DNA of 32,000 nt from Bellilinea caldifistulae (GTDB lineage Bacteria > Chloroflexota > Anaerolineae > Anaerolineales > Anaerolineaceae): positions 120,001-152,000 of the forward strand of contig NZ_LGHJ01000010.1 of the NCBI RefSeq assembly GCF_001306055.1. The letters run 5' to 3'. A model generated the notes under the pieces. That model did no database searches and was not told the DNA's origin. It was given only the letters and a program-made list of their open reading frames with translations. The position numbers and the translations under genes are program-made. Of this stretch, positions 16,735 through 25,453 are shown one piece after another. Every line of letters begins with the position of its first letter. Within the stretch, counting starts at the first letter, position 1.

Positions 16735-17037
16735 TCATGTATAATGTGTTAAGAAATTTGAAACTCCCTCAGCCCGGTATGATTGAAGCAATGGATAAAC
16801 ATGGCAGTGGCGGGGAGATACGGTTTGTGTTTGGATTTGCTCTCTCCATTGGGGAGAGATGAGGAATTCGTAGATTAGCCGGAGAGTGAAATCGGCTCTG
16901 AATTCAAGGCGGAAACTGCTCAAAGCGGGGCGTTGACGCTTGACCAGTGCAATTAAACCGGAGGCTTGATCGGGTGAAAGTTCCACAAAAGTTATTGGGT
17001 TTAGGTTTCGCCAAAGCCTCATCAGGGACGAATACAT
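16735..17037 (-). CDS. Doubtful hypothetical ORF (100 aa)
   Basis: This is the only long ORF in the 16579-17137 gap. It has no clear RBS and no recognisable family. Its codon usage is atypical compared with neighbours (all seven Gln codons are CAA; CTA, TTA, ATA and AGA are used). It may be non-coding. Confidence 0.25.
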   Translation of the reverse strand: MYSSLMRLWRNLNPITFVELSPDQASGLIALVKRQRPALSSFRLEFRADFTLRLIYEFLISPQWREQIQTQTVSPRHCHVYPLLQSYRAEGVSNFLTHYT

Positions 17038-17137
17038 TTTTGATTGAGCTTCTTAATCGGCGCTCCCGGTAAAATCTGCATTCAATCTCCGCACAAACTG
17101 GTTCTTCTCAGGCTGCTCCGGGCAGGCTGGTGTTTGA

Positions 17138-17785
17138 TTGAACGCGGAGCGTAAGGTAACGGCATTAAAGGTACAAAAGCGTAATCCCAATCGAGTCAAT
17201 GTTTATCTCGACGGGGAATATGCTTTCGGTCTTTCTCGAATTGTGGCAGCCTGGTTGCAGGTCGGGCAGGTATTAAGTGAAGAGAAGATTTGTTCTCTGC
17301 AACAAGAAGAAACCCGTGAAGCCGCCTACCAGCGAGCACTCCACTACTTGAGTTTTCGTCCGCGTTCTGAGGCCGAAGTTCGCCGTAAACTGCTTGAAAA
17401 AGGATTTGACCAGCTGCTGGTCGAGGAAATCATTGAACGGTTAAGGGCAGAACGCTGGTTGGGTGACTCTGAGTTTGCGCGATTGTGGACGGAAAACCGC
17501 ACAACCTTTCGACCTCGCAGCCGCCGTTTGCTGCGCTTTGAACTGAGGCAGAAGGGAGTTTCGGAAGATCATATTGAAGAGGCGCTCCATCCTTTAGCGG
17601 AAGAGAGTGAACTGGCGTATGAGGCTGGCATTCGTTATGCGCGAAGATTGACCAGTCTGCAGCCGGATGTGTTTCGCAAGCGGCTGACGGCGTTTTTGGC
17701 ACGCCGCGGTTTTTCTTACGGAACGATTGCTCCGGTTGTGCGCCGTATCTGTTCTGAGCAAGAGATGGAGCAGCCGAAAACCTGA
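17138..17785 (+). CDS. recX: RecX regulatory protein
   Basis: The N-terminus VTALKVQKRNPNRVNVYLDGEYAFGL is followed by three repeated helical modules (YLSFRPRSEAEVRRKLLEKGF, RSRRLLRFELRQKGV, RKRLTAFLARRGFSY), typical of RecX. It has a TTG start with a weak RBS, so the start is uncertain. Confidence 0.85.
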   Translation: MNAERKVTALKVQKRNPNRVNVYLDGEYAFGLSRIVAAWLQVGQVLSEEKICSLQQEETREAAYQRALHYLSFRPRSEAEVRRKLLEKGFDQLLVEEIIERLRAERWLGDSEFARLWTENRTTFRPRSRRLLRFELRQKGVSEDHIEEALHPLAEESELAYEAGIRYARRLTSLQPDVFRKRLTAFLARRGFSYGTIAPVVRRICSEQEMEQPKT

Positions 17786-17807
17786 CTCTGGAAAGAGGAA
17801 TTGGAAC

Positions 17808-19346
17808 ATGGGACAATTTGGATTTGAAACATTGATGTTGATTTTGCTGGTGGATGTGGTGATTTTAGCGGGTGTGGCATATTTTCTTACCCGCTATTTT
17901 GCCGAAAAGTTCAAAAACGATCAGCAAAACAAAGCAGATGCGGTTCTCCTGCAAGCCAACGAAAAAGCGCGCGAGATCGAGCTGGAAGCCAAAGATCGAG
18001 CCCTGAAAACCTTGCAGGAAGCCGAGGCGGAAATCAACCGCCGCCGCATGGAAATCAACCGCGAAGAAGACCGTTTGCAAAAACGACGGGCGGAGCTCGA
18101 TCAGCGGTTTGAGCGGTTGGAACAGCGTGAACAGGCCGTCAATAAGCGTCAATCGTCTGTGGATAAGCGCCTGAACGAGATTGAAAAAATGTACGAGCAA
18201 CAAATGGCGGAATTGCAGCGCATTGCGCAAATGTCGGTCGAAGAAGCCCGGGCGGTGTTGCTCCAAGAGGCTGAAAAAGAAGCCCGGGCAGATATGGCGC
18301 GGATCATCCGTCAGATTGAAGCCGAAGCTCGTGCAGAAGGCGAAAAGCGCGCACGCGAGTTGATCGCCGAGTCCATCCAGCGGGTGGCTTCCGATCATGT
18401 CGTAAGTGTCACCACTTCTGTGATTTCCCTGCCGAACGAGGAAATGAAAGGGCGCATCGTCGGGCGGAACGGACGTAATATCCGCGCATTCGAGCAGGCT
18501 GCCGGCGTGGATGTGATTGTGGACGATACCCCCGAAGCGGTCACCATCTCCTGTTTTGATCCGGTCAGGCGGGAGGTTGCCCGGCGGGCGCTGGAGCGGT
18601 TGATTGTGGATGGACGCATCCACCCGGCGCACATCGAGAAAGTACTTGGGGAAGAGCAGAAGGAAGTGGATAAGAGCATTATCGAAGCGGGCGAACAAGC
18701 CGCCTATGATGCCGGTGTAACCGGCCTGCACCCCGAAGTGATCAAAGTCTTAGGCCGTTTGAAATATCGCACCTCTTATGGGCAGAATCAGCTGGCCCAT
18801 GCGGTTGAGGTTGCCAAACTTTCGGCTGTGCTGGCAGCCGAACTGGGTGCGGACGTGGATATGTGCCGGATGGGTGGTTTGCTGCACGATTTGGGCAAAG
18901 CCATGGATCACAATACCGACGGCACTCATGCCATGATCGGTGCGGAGTTTGCCAAACGCTACGGCGTGCCGGCAAAAGTGGTCAACATCATTGCTTCTCA
19001 CCATCATGAAGTTGAGCAGGAAAGTGTTGAGGCGATCATTGTCGAGGCGGCCGATGCTATTTCCGGCGCTCGGCCGGGAGCTCGCCGCGAAGACCTGGAA
19101 CAGTACATCAAACGCCTGCGGGCTCTGGAAGAAATTGCCAATTCCTTCAAGGGCGTCAGCCAGAGTTATGCCATCCAGGCCGGACGGGAAGTTCGCATCA
19201 TCGTCCGTCCGGAGGACATTGACGATCTGGCGGCAACCCGTCTGGCCAGGGATATTGCGAAAAAGATTGAAGAAACCATGCAATATCCCGGTCAAATCAA
19301 GGTAACGGTTATCCGAGAAACACGGGCGGTTGATTACGCCCGCTAA
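17808..19346 (+). CDS. rny: Ribonuclease Y
   Basis: It has an N-terminal TM helix (LMLILLVDVVILAGVAYFL), a Glu/Arg/Lys coiled coil, a KH domain (GRIVGRNGRNIRAFEQAAGVDVIVDD) and an HD domain (LLHDLGKA, ASHHHE). ATG 17808 follows a GAGGAA RBS. The ORF-track start at 17727 overlaps recX. Confidence 0.95.
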   Translation: MGQFGFETLMLILLVDVVILAGVAYFLTRYFAEKFKNDQQNKADAVLLQANEKAREIELEAKDRALKTLQEAEAEINRRRMEINREEDRLQKRRAELDQRFERLEQREQAVNKRQSSVDKRLNEIEKMYEQQMAELQRIAQMSVEEARAVLLQEAEKEARADMARIIRQIEAEARAEGEKRARELIAESIQRVASDHVVSVTTSVISLPNEEMKGRIVGRNGRNIRAFEQAAGVDVIVDDTPEAVTISCFDPVRREVARRALERLIVDGRIHPAHIEKVLGEEQKEVDKSIIEAGEQAAYDAGVTGLHPEVIKVLGRLKYRTSYGQNQLAHAVEVAKLSAVLAAELGADVDMCRMGGLLHDLGKAMDHNTDGTHAMIGAEFAKRYGVPAKVVNIIASHHHEVEQESVEAIIVEAADAISGARPGARREDLEQYIKRLRALEEIANSFKGVSQSYAIQAGREVRIIVRPEDIDDLAATRLARDIAKKIEETMQYPGQIKVTVIRETRAVDYAR

Positions 19347-19357
19347 ACCCGCCGCTC

Positions 19358-21520
19358 ATGAAGCAGTTACTCCAAAACTTGCGGGATGGTAAAGCCGCAG
19401 TTGTAGAAGTACCGGTACCGACGCCGAAACCCGGCTCGGTACTGGTACGCAACGCGGTTTCCTTGATCTCCGCCGGTACCGAGCGGATGGTGGTGGACTT
19501 TGCCGGTAAAAGTTTGTTTGGCAAAGCCCGCTCTCGCCCGGATCTTGTTCGTCAGGTGTTGGATAAAGCCCGCCGCGAAGGGGTATTGACCACCCTCGAT
19601 GCCGTTTTCAATCGGCTGGATCAGCCGATGGCGTTGGGTTATTCCTCCGCTGGTACGGTTGTGGCGGTCGGCGCTGATGTAGAGGGACTTAAACCCGGTG
19701 ACCGGGTAGCCTGCGCTGGCGGGGGGTATGCAGTCCATGCCGAGTATGTGGTTGTCCCAAAACACCTGCTGGCAGCCTTGCCGGAGGAGGTGGATTTCGA
19801 GAGCGCCGCCTTCACTACACTGGGTGCGATTGCCTTGCACGGCTTTCGATTGGCTGAAACCCAGATTGGCGAGCGGATTGCGGTGATCGGGTTGGGGCTG
19901 TTGGGCCTGCTCAGTGTCGGGATTGCCCGTGCAGCAGGCTGTTCGGTTTTTGGCGTGGATTTAGACCCACGGCGGATTGCCCTGGCGGAGCAAATGGGTG
20001 CGATTGCTGTACCACGATCTGCAGCGGAGGAAAGCGGCCGCTCGCTGAGTGAGGGGCGTGGTTTTGATGCGGTTCTAATCTGTGCCGACACTCCCAGCAG
20101 CGACCCGGTTGAATTGGCTGGCTTACTGGCACGTGAACGCGCGAAAGTGATTGCAGTTGGAGCGGTTGGTCTCTCTTTGCCCCGCAAGATTTATTATGAA
20201 AAAGAATTGCAATTCGTCGTTTCGCGTTCGTACGGGCCGGGGCGCTATGATCCGCAGTACGAGGAAGGTGGGGTGGATTACCCCTATGGATATGTGCGCT
20301 GGACGGAGGGGAGGAACTTGCAGGCGGTTGTCGCTCTGCTTGCCAGCGGAATGTTGGATGTAAAACCGCTGATTACACACCGTTTCCCCATCGAACAGGG
20401 CGAGGTGGCTTATGATCTGATCAGCGGCAAAAGCGGTCAGCCGTTTTTAGGGGTGCTCTTGACCTATCCTCAGGGTGAGGAATGGACTGCACCGCTGCGC
20501 CGGGTGGAGTTGAGTCCGCAAAATCAGCCACTGGAAGGGCTGCCGGGGCTGGGTGTGCTGGGCGCCGGCAATTACGCAACGGCAGTATTTTTACCGGTGG
20601 TGCAAAAAAGCGGTGGGGTAAAAAAAGTGGGGATTGCCACCGCAGGCGGAGTGAGTGCCCGCCATGCCGCCGACCGCTACGGCTTTGAGTTTGCCAGTTC
20701 GCAGGAAAGTGATGTTTTGGGAAACCCACGGGTTGAAATTGTCGCAATCCTGACCCGTCATCAGCACCATGCCCGGCAGGTAATTCGGGCTTTACAAGCC
20801 GGTCAGCACGTGTTTTGCGAAAAACCGCTGGCCATCACGCCGGAAGAACTGGATGCCATTCAAGAATTGCTGATGCAGCAACCACCCGCCTTGCTGACGG
20901 TGGGTTTCAATCGCCGATTTGCGCCGTTTTCCCAAAAATTGTCCGGGTTTTTATCCGACCGGCACGAACCGATGTTCATTCAATATCGGGTGAATGCGGG
21001 TTACCTGCCCTTGACTCACTGGCTGCATGACCCGCAGCAGGGCGGTGGACGAATCATCGGGGAGGGGTGCCATTTCATTGATTACCTGACTTTTCTGGTT
21101 GGCAAACCGCCCATCCGGGTGCGGGCAGCCGGTTTGCCGGATGGGGAACGTTATCGGCAGGATAATGTGAGCATGATCTTGACCTTTGAAGACGGTTCGA
21201 TTGGTAGCCTTACCTATCTGGCGAACGGTGATAAGAGTTTTCCGAAAGAAAGGGTGGAGGTGTTCTGCGGCGGACGAGTGGCGGTTTTGGATGATTTTCG
21301 TTCGCTCGAGCTGATCCACAACGGCCACCGCCAGAAATTCACCGCTCGCTTGCGGCAGGACAAAGGACATCAGGCTTTGTGGCAGGCTTTTGTGGAGGCT
21401 GTCCGGCAAGGCGGTTCCCCTCCAATTCCATATGATCATCTGCTGGGTGTAACCCGAGCCAGTTTTGCCGCTGTGGAATCCCTCCGTCAGCAGGCTGATG
21501 TAGAAATCCGGCTGGCTTAA
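19358..21520 (+). CDS. Bi-domain oxidoreductase: N-terminal MDR/alcohol-dehydrogenase-like domain fused to a C-terminal Gfo/Idh/MocA domain
   Basis: The N-terminal half reads GYSSAGTVVAVGADVEGLKPGDRVA with Rossmann motif IAVIGLGLLGL. The C-terminal half reads LGVLGAGNYA...VFCEKPLA, the Gfo/Idh/MocA signature. Confidence 0.85.
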   Translation: MKQLLQNLRDGKAAVVEVPVPTPKPGSVLVRNAVSLISAGTERMVVDFAGKSLFGKARSRPDLVRQVLDKARREGVLTTLDAVFNRLDQPMALGYSSAGTVVAVGADVEGLKPGDRVACAGGGYAVHAEYVVVPKHLLAALPEEVDFESAAFTTLGAIALHGFRLAETQIGERIAVIGLGLLGLLSVGIARAAGCSVFGVDLDPRRIALAEQMGAIAVPRSAAEESGRSLSEGRGFDAVLICADTPSSDPVELAGLLARERAKVIAVGAVGLSLPRKIYYEKELQFVVSRSYGPGRYDPQYEEGGVDYPYGYVRWTEGRNLQAVVALLASGMLDVKPLITHRFPIEQGEVAYDLISGKSGQPFLGVLLTYPQGEEWTAPLRRVELSPQNQPLEGLPGLGVLGAGNYATAVFLPVVQKSGGVKKVGIATAGGVSARHAADRYGFEFASSQESDVLGNPRVEIVAILTRHQHHARQVIRALQAGQHVFCEKPLAITPEELDAIQELLMQQPPALLTVGFNRRFAPFSQKLSGFLSDRHEPMFIQYRVNAGYLPLTHWLHDPQQGGGRIIGEGCHFIDYLTFLVGKPPIRVRAAGLPDGERYRQDNVSMILTFEDGSIGSLTYLANGDKSFPKERVEVFCGGRVAVLDDFRSLELIHNGHRQKFTARLRQDKGHQALWQAFVEAVRQGGSPPIPYDHLLGVTRASFAAVESLRQQADVEIRLA

Positions 21521-21533
21521 ATCCCGGAGAGAC

Positions 21534-23468
21534 ATGTCCAGCGTGTGGACGAAAGCATACTGTCTGGTTAAGGAAGTGGGTCCTGGCCCGCTCATTTCTC
21601 TGGCAATCTACCGGATGGGCATTCAAAGCGGTTATTACCGCTGGCGAACGCCGATTGGCGGCAGAAAATTAAGAAATCTCCCTGACCTTCGTGCTGATGT
21701 GTTTGTCCTGCCCGATCCGGTTCGGCTACTAGAGTGGGATCGTCTGCGTGGTGTAGATGGAACTGCCGAAGCCGAAGAAATCCTCTCCGGCCGGGTCAGG
21801 TTGTTCGGCGCCGAGCCGCAGCCCCTGAATTTTAAACCCCCGCACCCTGATCGGCATTGGAGCACGCTTGATGAGCAGGGTGTAGCAGGCGATATCAAGC
21901 AAATCTGGGAAGCGGCTCGGCTTGGATGGGTTTTCCCACTGGGCAGGGCTTACCGGCTGACCGGTGATGAACGCTACGCTCATTTTTTTTGGAATTCTTG
22001 GGAGCAGTTCGTTCTGCACAACCCGCTCAACTGCGGAGAAAACTGGCTTTCGGCCCAGGAGGTCGCTCTGCGATTGATTGGGTTGGGGTTTGCCGTTCAG
22101 GCTTTTCAACCCTCCGCACACTCTGATCGAAGTCGAAGGCAAAGTGCAGCCGAAGCCATCGTCCAGCATGCCCGGCGGATCGAGGTTACGCTTTCGTATG
22201 CGCGGGCCCAGAACAACAATCACCTGCTTTCTGAGGCAGTGGGCTTGTTGATGGCGGCTCACCTTTTACCGGACTGGTATGAATCACGCCGCTGGCGGAA
22301 GACCGGTTGGAAATGGTTTCAGTGGGCGATTGACCACCAGATTGAAGCGGATGGGGAATACGTTCAGCACAGTGTCAATTATCACCGGCTGATGTTGACC
22401 TTGGGACTGATCGTCTTTCGAATGGCTCAGGTTGAGAAGTTTGCTTTACCAGATAGAATCTGCCAAAAATTGCAACTCGCGGCGGAGTGGTTGAGGGGGG
22501 TGATGGATGAAACCAGCGGTCAAGCCCTTCAACTGGGTCACCATGACGGAGCGTATCTGATTCCGTTTGGAGGAAGCATTGAGGATTATCGCCCCACCGT
22601 TCAGGCCGCCCTGGCCGCTTTCGGCGGTCAGCGTGCTTTGCCGGAAGGGGGTTGGGACGAATTAGCCGCCTGGCTGGGGTTGAATCCGACTGAGTTAACC
22701 CCCATGAAAGGTTGCCCAAATCTAAATGGGATTAAACGATTGGGCAATACTCGTGAATGGGCCAGTCTGCGGGCGAAGCATTTCACCAATCGCCCGGCAC
22801 ATGCCGATCAATTACAGGTAGAACTGTTTTGGAACGGCTGCCGGGTGGTGTGCGATGCCGGCACTTTTGCCTACAACCTTCCGCCCCCGTGGCAAAATGG
22901 TCTGGCGCAGGCTGGGGTGCACAATGCACCGCTGTTGAATGATCAACAACCCATGCTGCGGGCGGGAAAATTTTTATGGCTGCAATGGGATCAGGCACGA
23001 TTTTTGGAAGAATCGGATGAGCAGCGGCAGCAGGTGGCAGCTGTGCGATATGGATACTACCGATGGGGTGTTCATCAAGAACGCCGGTTAACCCGGGTAG
23101 ATACCGGCCGCTGGCAGGTGGTTGACCGTCTTTCGCCCCTTCGCTCTGGTCAGATTATCGGAAAAATCAACCTGAACTGGTTGTTGCGGGATGGGGAATG
23201 GAATCTGGATGATGGGGCGTTGATGGTGGAGTATGCGGAATTTCGTCTCGTGGTTCGGGTGGTCAGTCTACCACAAGGTTCGATGAAGATGAGGATCGTG
23301 CGGGCGGGTCAGATTGTGAATGGTGATGGGGAGAAGGGCCTTGAATCCCTCCTGGGCTGGTTTTCTCCAACTTACCTTGTCCGTCTTCCGGCAATTTCAT
23401 TCTGTATCGAAATACATGCCAATCTCCCAATTCTATTACAGACGGATTTTGAGATTTACCCGAAGTAA
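21534..23468 (+). CDS. Heparinase II/III-like (alginate-lyase-fold) protein
   Basis: The central region NNHLLSEAVGLLMAAHLL...HSVNYHRLML and C-terminal RPAHADQLQVELFWNGCRVVCDAGTFAYN resemble the heparinase II/III family. A GGAGAG RBS is present. Confidence 0.75.
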   Translation: MSSVWTKAYCLVKEVGPGPLISLAIYRMGIQSGYYRWRTPIGGRKLRNLPDLRADVFVLPDPVRLLEWDRLRGVDGTAEAEEILSGRVRLFGAEPQPLNFKPPHPDRHWSTLDEQGVAGDIKQIWEAARLGWVFPLGRAYRLTGDERYAHFFWNSWEQFVLHNPLNCGENWLSAQEVALRLIGLGFAVQAFQPSAHSDRSRRQSAAEAIVQHARRIEVTLSYARAQNNNHLLSEAVGLLMAAHLLPDWYESRRWRKTGWKWFQWAIDHQIEADGEYVQHSVNYHRLMLTLGLIVFRMAQVEKFALPDRICQKLQLAAEWLRGVMDETSGQALQLGHHDGAYLIPFGGSIEDYRPTVQAALAAFGGQRALPEGGWDELAAWLGLNPTELTPMKGCPNLNGIKRLGNTREWASLRAKHFTNRPAHADQLQVELFWNGCRVVCDAGTFAYNLPPPWQNGLAQAGVHNAPLLNDQQPMLRAGKFLWLQWDQARFLEESDEQRQQVAAVRYGYYRWGVHQERRLTRVDTGRWQVVDRLSPLRSGQIIGKINLNWLLRDGEWNLDDGALMVEYAEFRLVVRVVSLPQGSMKMRIVRAGQIVNGDGEKGLESLLGWFSPTYLVRLPAISFCIEIHANLPILLQTDFEIYPK

Positions 23469-23522
23469 GCCTTCCTTAAAGAAGCCCGTACATACTGAAA
23501 ATTTTAAGATAAAATCAGAGCG

Positions 23523-24737
23523 ATGCATATTTTGTTAATTCATCAGGCGTTTGCTTCCCTGGACGAAGCCGGTGGAACACGGCATTACGAAATGGCTCGT
23601 TTTCTGGTTTCACGTGGTCATCAAGTTACGATTGTTGCCAGCCCGGTTTCTTACCTGACGGGTAAAGCTCGACAGCAAAAAGTCCAATGGCTGACTGGCG
23701 AACAACCCGAGCCGGGTATTACCATTTTGAGGGCGTTTACTTACCCGGCGCTGCACAGAAGTTTTTTCCACCGGTTAATCAGTTTTTTTAGTTTCATGTT
23801 TTCTTCATTTCTGGCCGGTTTATCCGTAAAACGAGTTGATTTGGTTTGGGGTACTTCTCCGCCCATTTTTCAGGGGGTAACCGCCTGGATGGTAGCACGT
23901 TTAAAGGGAGTGCGTTTTTTATTCGAAGTGCGCGATTTGTGGCCGGCGTTTGCGGTCGCGGCTGGTGTACTGCGCAGCCCGTTCCTGATTCGACTTTCGG
24001 AGGAATTGGAAAAATTCCTTTACCGGCACGCCGATCGGGTGATGGTCAATTCGCCGGGTTTCATTGAACATGTCAGCCGTCGCGGGGCGCGCTGGGTGGA
24101 ACTTGTTCCCAACGGGGCTGATCCGGACATGTTCGACATGCACCAGAACGGAGTTCACATCCGTCAGCAGTGGGGCCTGGGTGATGAATTTGTGGTTTTA
24201 TACGCCGGTGCTCATGGACTTTCGAATGATCTGGAAGTTGTTCTTGACTCTGCCCGGATTTTGATGGATGATCCGCGAATCCGATTTGTGCTGGTGGGGG
24301 ATGGCAAAGAGAAACCCAATCTCATCCGTCAGGCGCAAGAGATGGGGTTGACCAATATCCTGTTCATGCCGCCGGTTGCGAAGAAAGAGATGGGGAAAAT
24401 TTTGTCGGCTGCGGATGCCTGTTTAGCCATTCTCAAACCCCTGGACTGGTATAAAACGACTTACCCGAACAAGGTGTTCGATTATATGGCGGCTGGTAAG
24501 CCGGTTTTGCTGGCGATTGATGGGGTGATTCGCGAGGTGGTTGAGTCTCATCGGGCTGGAATTGCTGTTCCACCGGGGAATCCGCAGGCTTTAGCGGAAG
24601 CTGTGCAAAGACTGGCTGCCGATCCGCAAACGGTTAAAGCGATGGGATTGGCCGGCAAAAAAGCGGTACAAAACTGCTATAATCGGCAGCAATTCTCGCT
24701 TCGCCTGGCTGAAATAATTGAGGAAATGAGGTTTTAA
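23523..24737 (+). CDS. GT4-family (GT-B fold, WbuB-like) glycosyltransferase
   Basis: The N-terminus is [10 protein letters not shown]...GGTRHYE. Other matches are [15 protein letters not shown] and the C-terminal [15 protein letters not shown]. Confidence 0.9.
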   Translation: MHILLIHQAFASLDEAGGTRHYEMARFLVSRGHQVTIVASPVSYLTGKARQQKVQWLTGEQPEPGITILRAFTYPALHRSFFHRLISFFSFMFSSFLAGLSVKRVDLVWGTSPPIFQGVTAWMVARLKGVRFLFEVRDLWPAFAVAAGVLRSPFLIRLSEELEKFLYRHADRVMVNSPGFIEHVSRRGARWVELVPNGADPDMFDMHQNGVHIRQQWGLGDEFVVLYAGAHGLSNDLEVVLDSARILMDDPRIRFVLVGDGKEKPNLIRQAQEMGLTNILFMPPVAKKEMGKILSAADACLAILKPLDWYKTTYPNKVFDYMAAGKPVLLAIDGVIREVVESHRAGIAVPPGNPQALAEAVQRLAADPQTVKAMGLAGKKAVQNCYNRQQFSLRLAEIIEEMRF

Positions 24738-24739
24738 CC

Positions 24740-25453
24740 ATGCCGGAAAAAATCTTGATTGTGGAAGATGAACAAACTTTGCAGGAAACCCTTGCATACA
24801 ACCTGACCCGGCAAGGTTACGAGGTTGAGACGGCGGGGGATGGCATAAAGGCGCTGGATCTGGCCCGCAAAATCCATCCTGATCTGATTATTCTGGATAT
24901 TATGTTACCGGGGATTGACGGTTTTGAGGTTTGCCGGATACTGAGGCAGGAGATGACCACGCCGGTTTTGATGCTGACTGCCCGGGATGATGAAATTGAC
25001 CGGGTAGTGGGGTTGGAGGTCGGCGCGGATGATTACCTGACCAAACCGTTCAGTATGCGCGAATTGCTGGCAAGAGTGAAAGCCATGCTACGGCGGGTGC
25101 GGCTGATGCGCGAAGAATTCAGCCAAACGACGGGTGAGGTGAGTACCCCTTCGCAGTTGTTGACGTTTGGCAATCTGGTGGTTGATATTACCCGCCGTGA
25201 GGTGCGCTTGAACGATCAGGTGATTCCGCTCAAACCCAAGGAGTACGAATTACTGCTCTTTCTGGCTCAACATCGCGGGCAGGTTCTTTCGCGGGAGTTT
25301 ATTCTCGAAAGGGTGTGGGGATGGGATTACATCGGCGACAGCCGCACGGTTGATGTTCACGTGCGATGGCTGAGAGAAAAGATTGAGGATCATCCCGCTC
25401 AGCCTGTCAGAATTGTAACGGTGCGTGGAGCGGGATACCGCTTTGAGGGCTGA
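24740..25453 (+). CDS. OmpR/PhoB-family response regulator
   Basis: Receiver motifs are [15 protein letters not shown] and TKPF. The winged helix reads ERVWG...[13 protein letters not shown]...[11 protein letters not shown]. It starts 2 nt after the GT4 stop codon. Confidence 0.93.
   Translation: MPEKILIVEDEQTLQETLAYNLTRQGYEVETAGDGIKALDLARKIHPDLIILDIMLPGIDGFEVCRILRQEMTTPVLMLTARDDEIDRVVGLEVGADDYLTKPFSMRELLARVKAMLRRVRLMREEFSQTTGEVSTPSQLLTFGNLVVDITRREVRLNDQVIPLKPKEYELLLFLAQHRGQVLSREFILERVWGWDYIGDSRTVDVHVRWLREKIEDHPAQPVRIVTVRGAGYRFEG

Noticed and set aside
18158-18166. Perfect DnaA box TGTGGATAA
   Set aside because: It is a single copy inside the rny coding sequence, with no cluster and no AT-rich unwinding element. 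It is best explained by chance.
17865-19295. Antisense ORFs inside rny (17865-18731 of 288 aa, 18750-19295 of 181 aa)
   Set aside because: These are shadow frames opposite the Glu/Lys/Arg-rich coiled coil and the KH/HD domains of RNase Y. They have no independent signals.
19367-21595. Antisense ORFs inside the bi-domain oxidoreductase gene (for example 19639-20187 and 20951-21595)
   Set aside because: This is the same shadow-frame explanation. They have no RBS and low-complexity composition.
23606-23621. parS-like GTTTCACGTG
   Set aside because: Only the left half matches (10 of 16 positions against TGTTTCACGTGAAACA). It lies inside the GT4 gene, 13 kb from parB.
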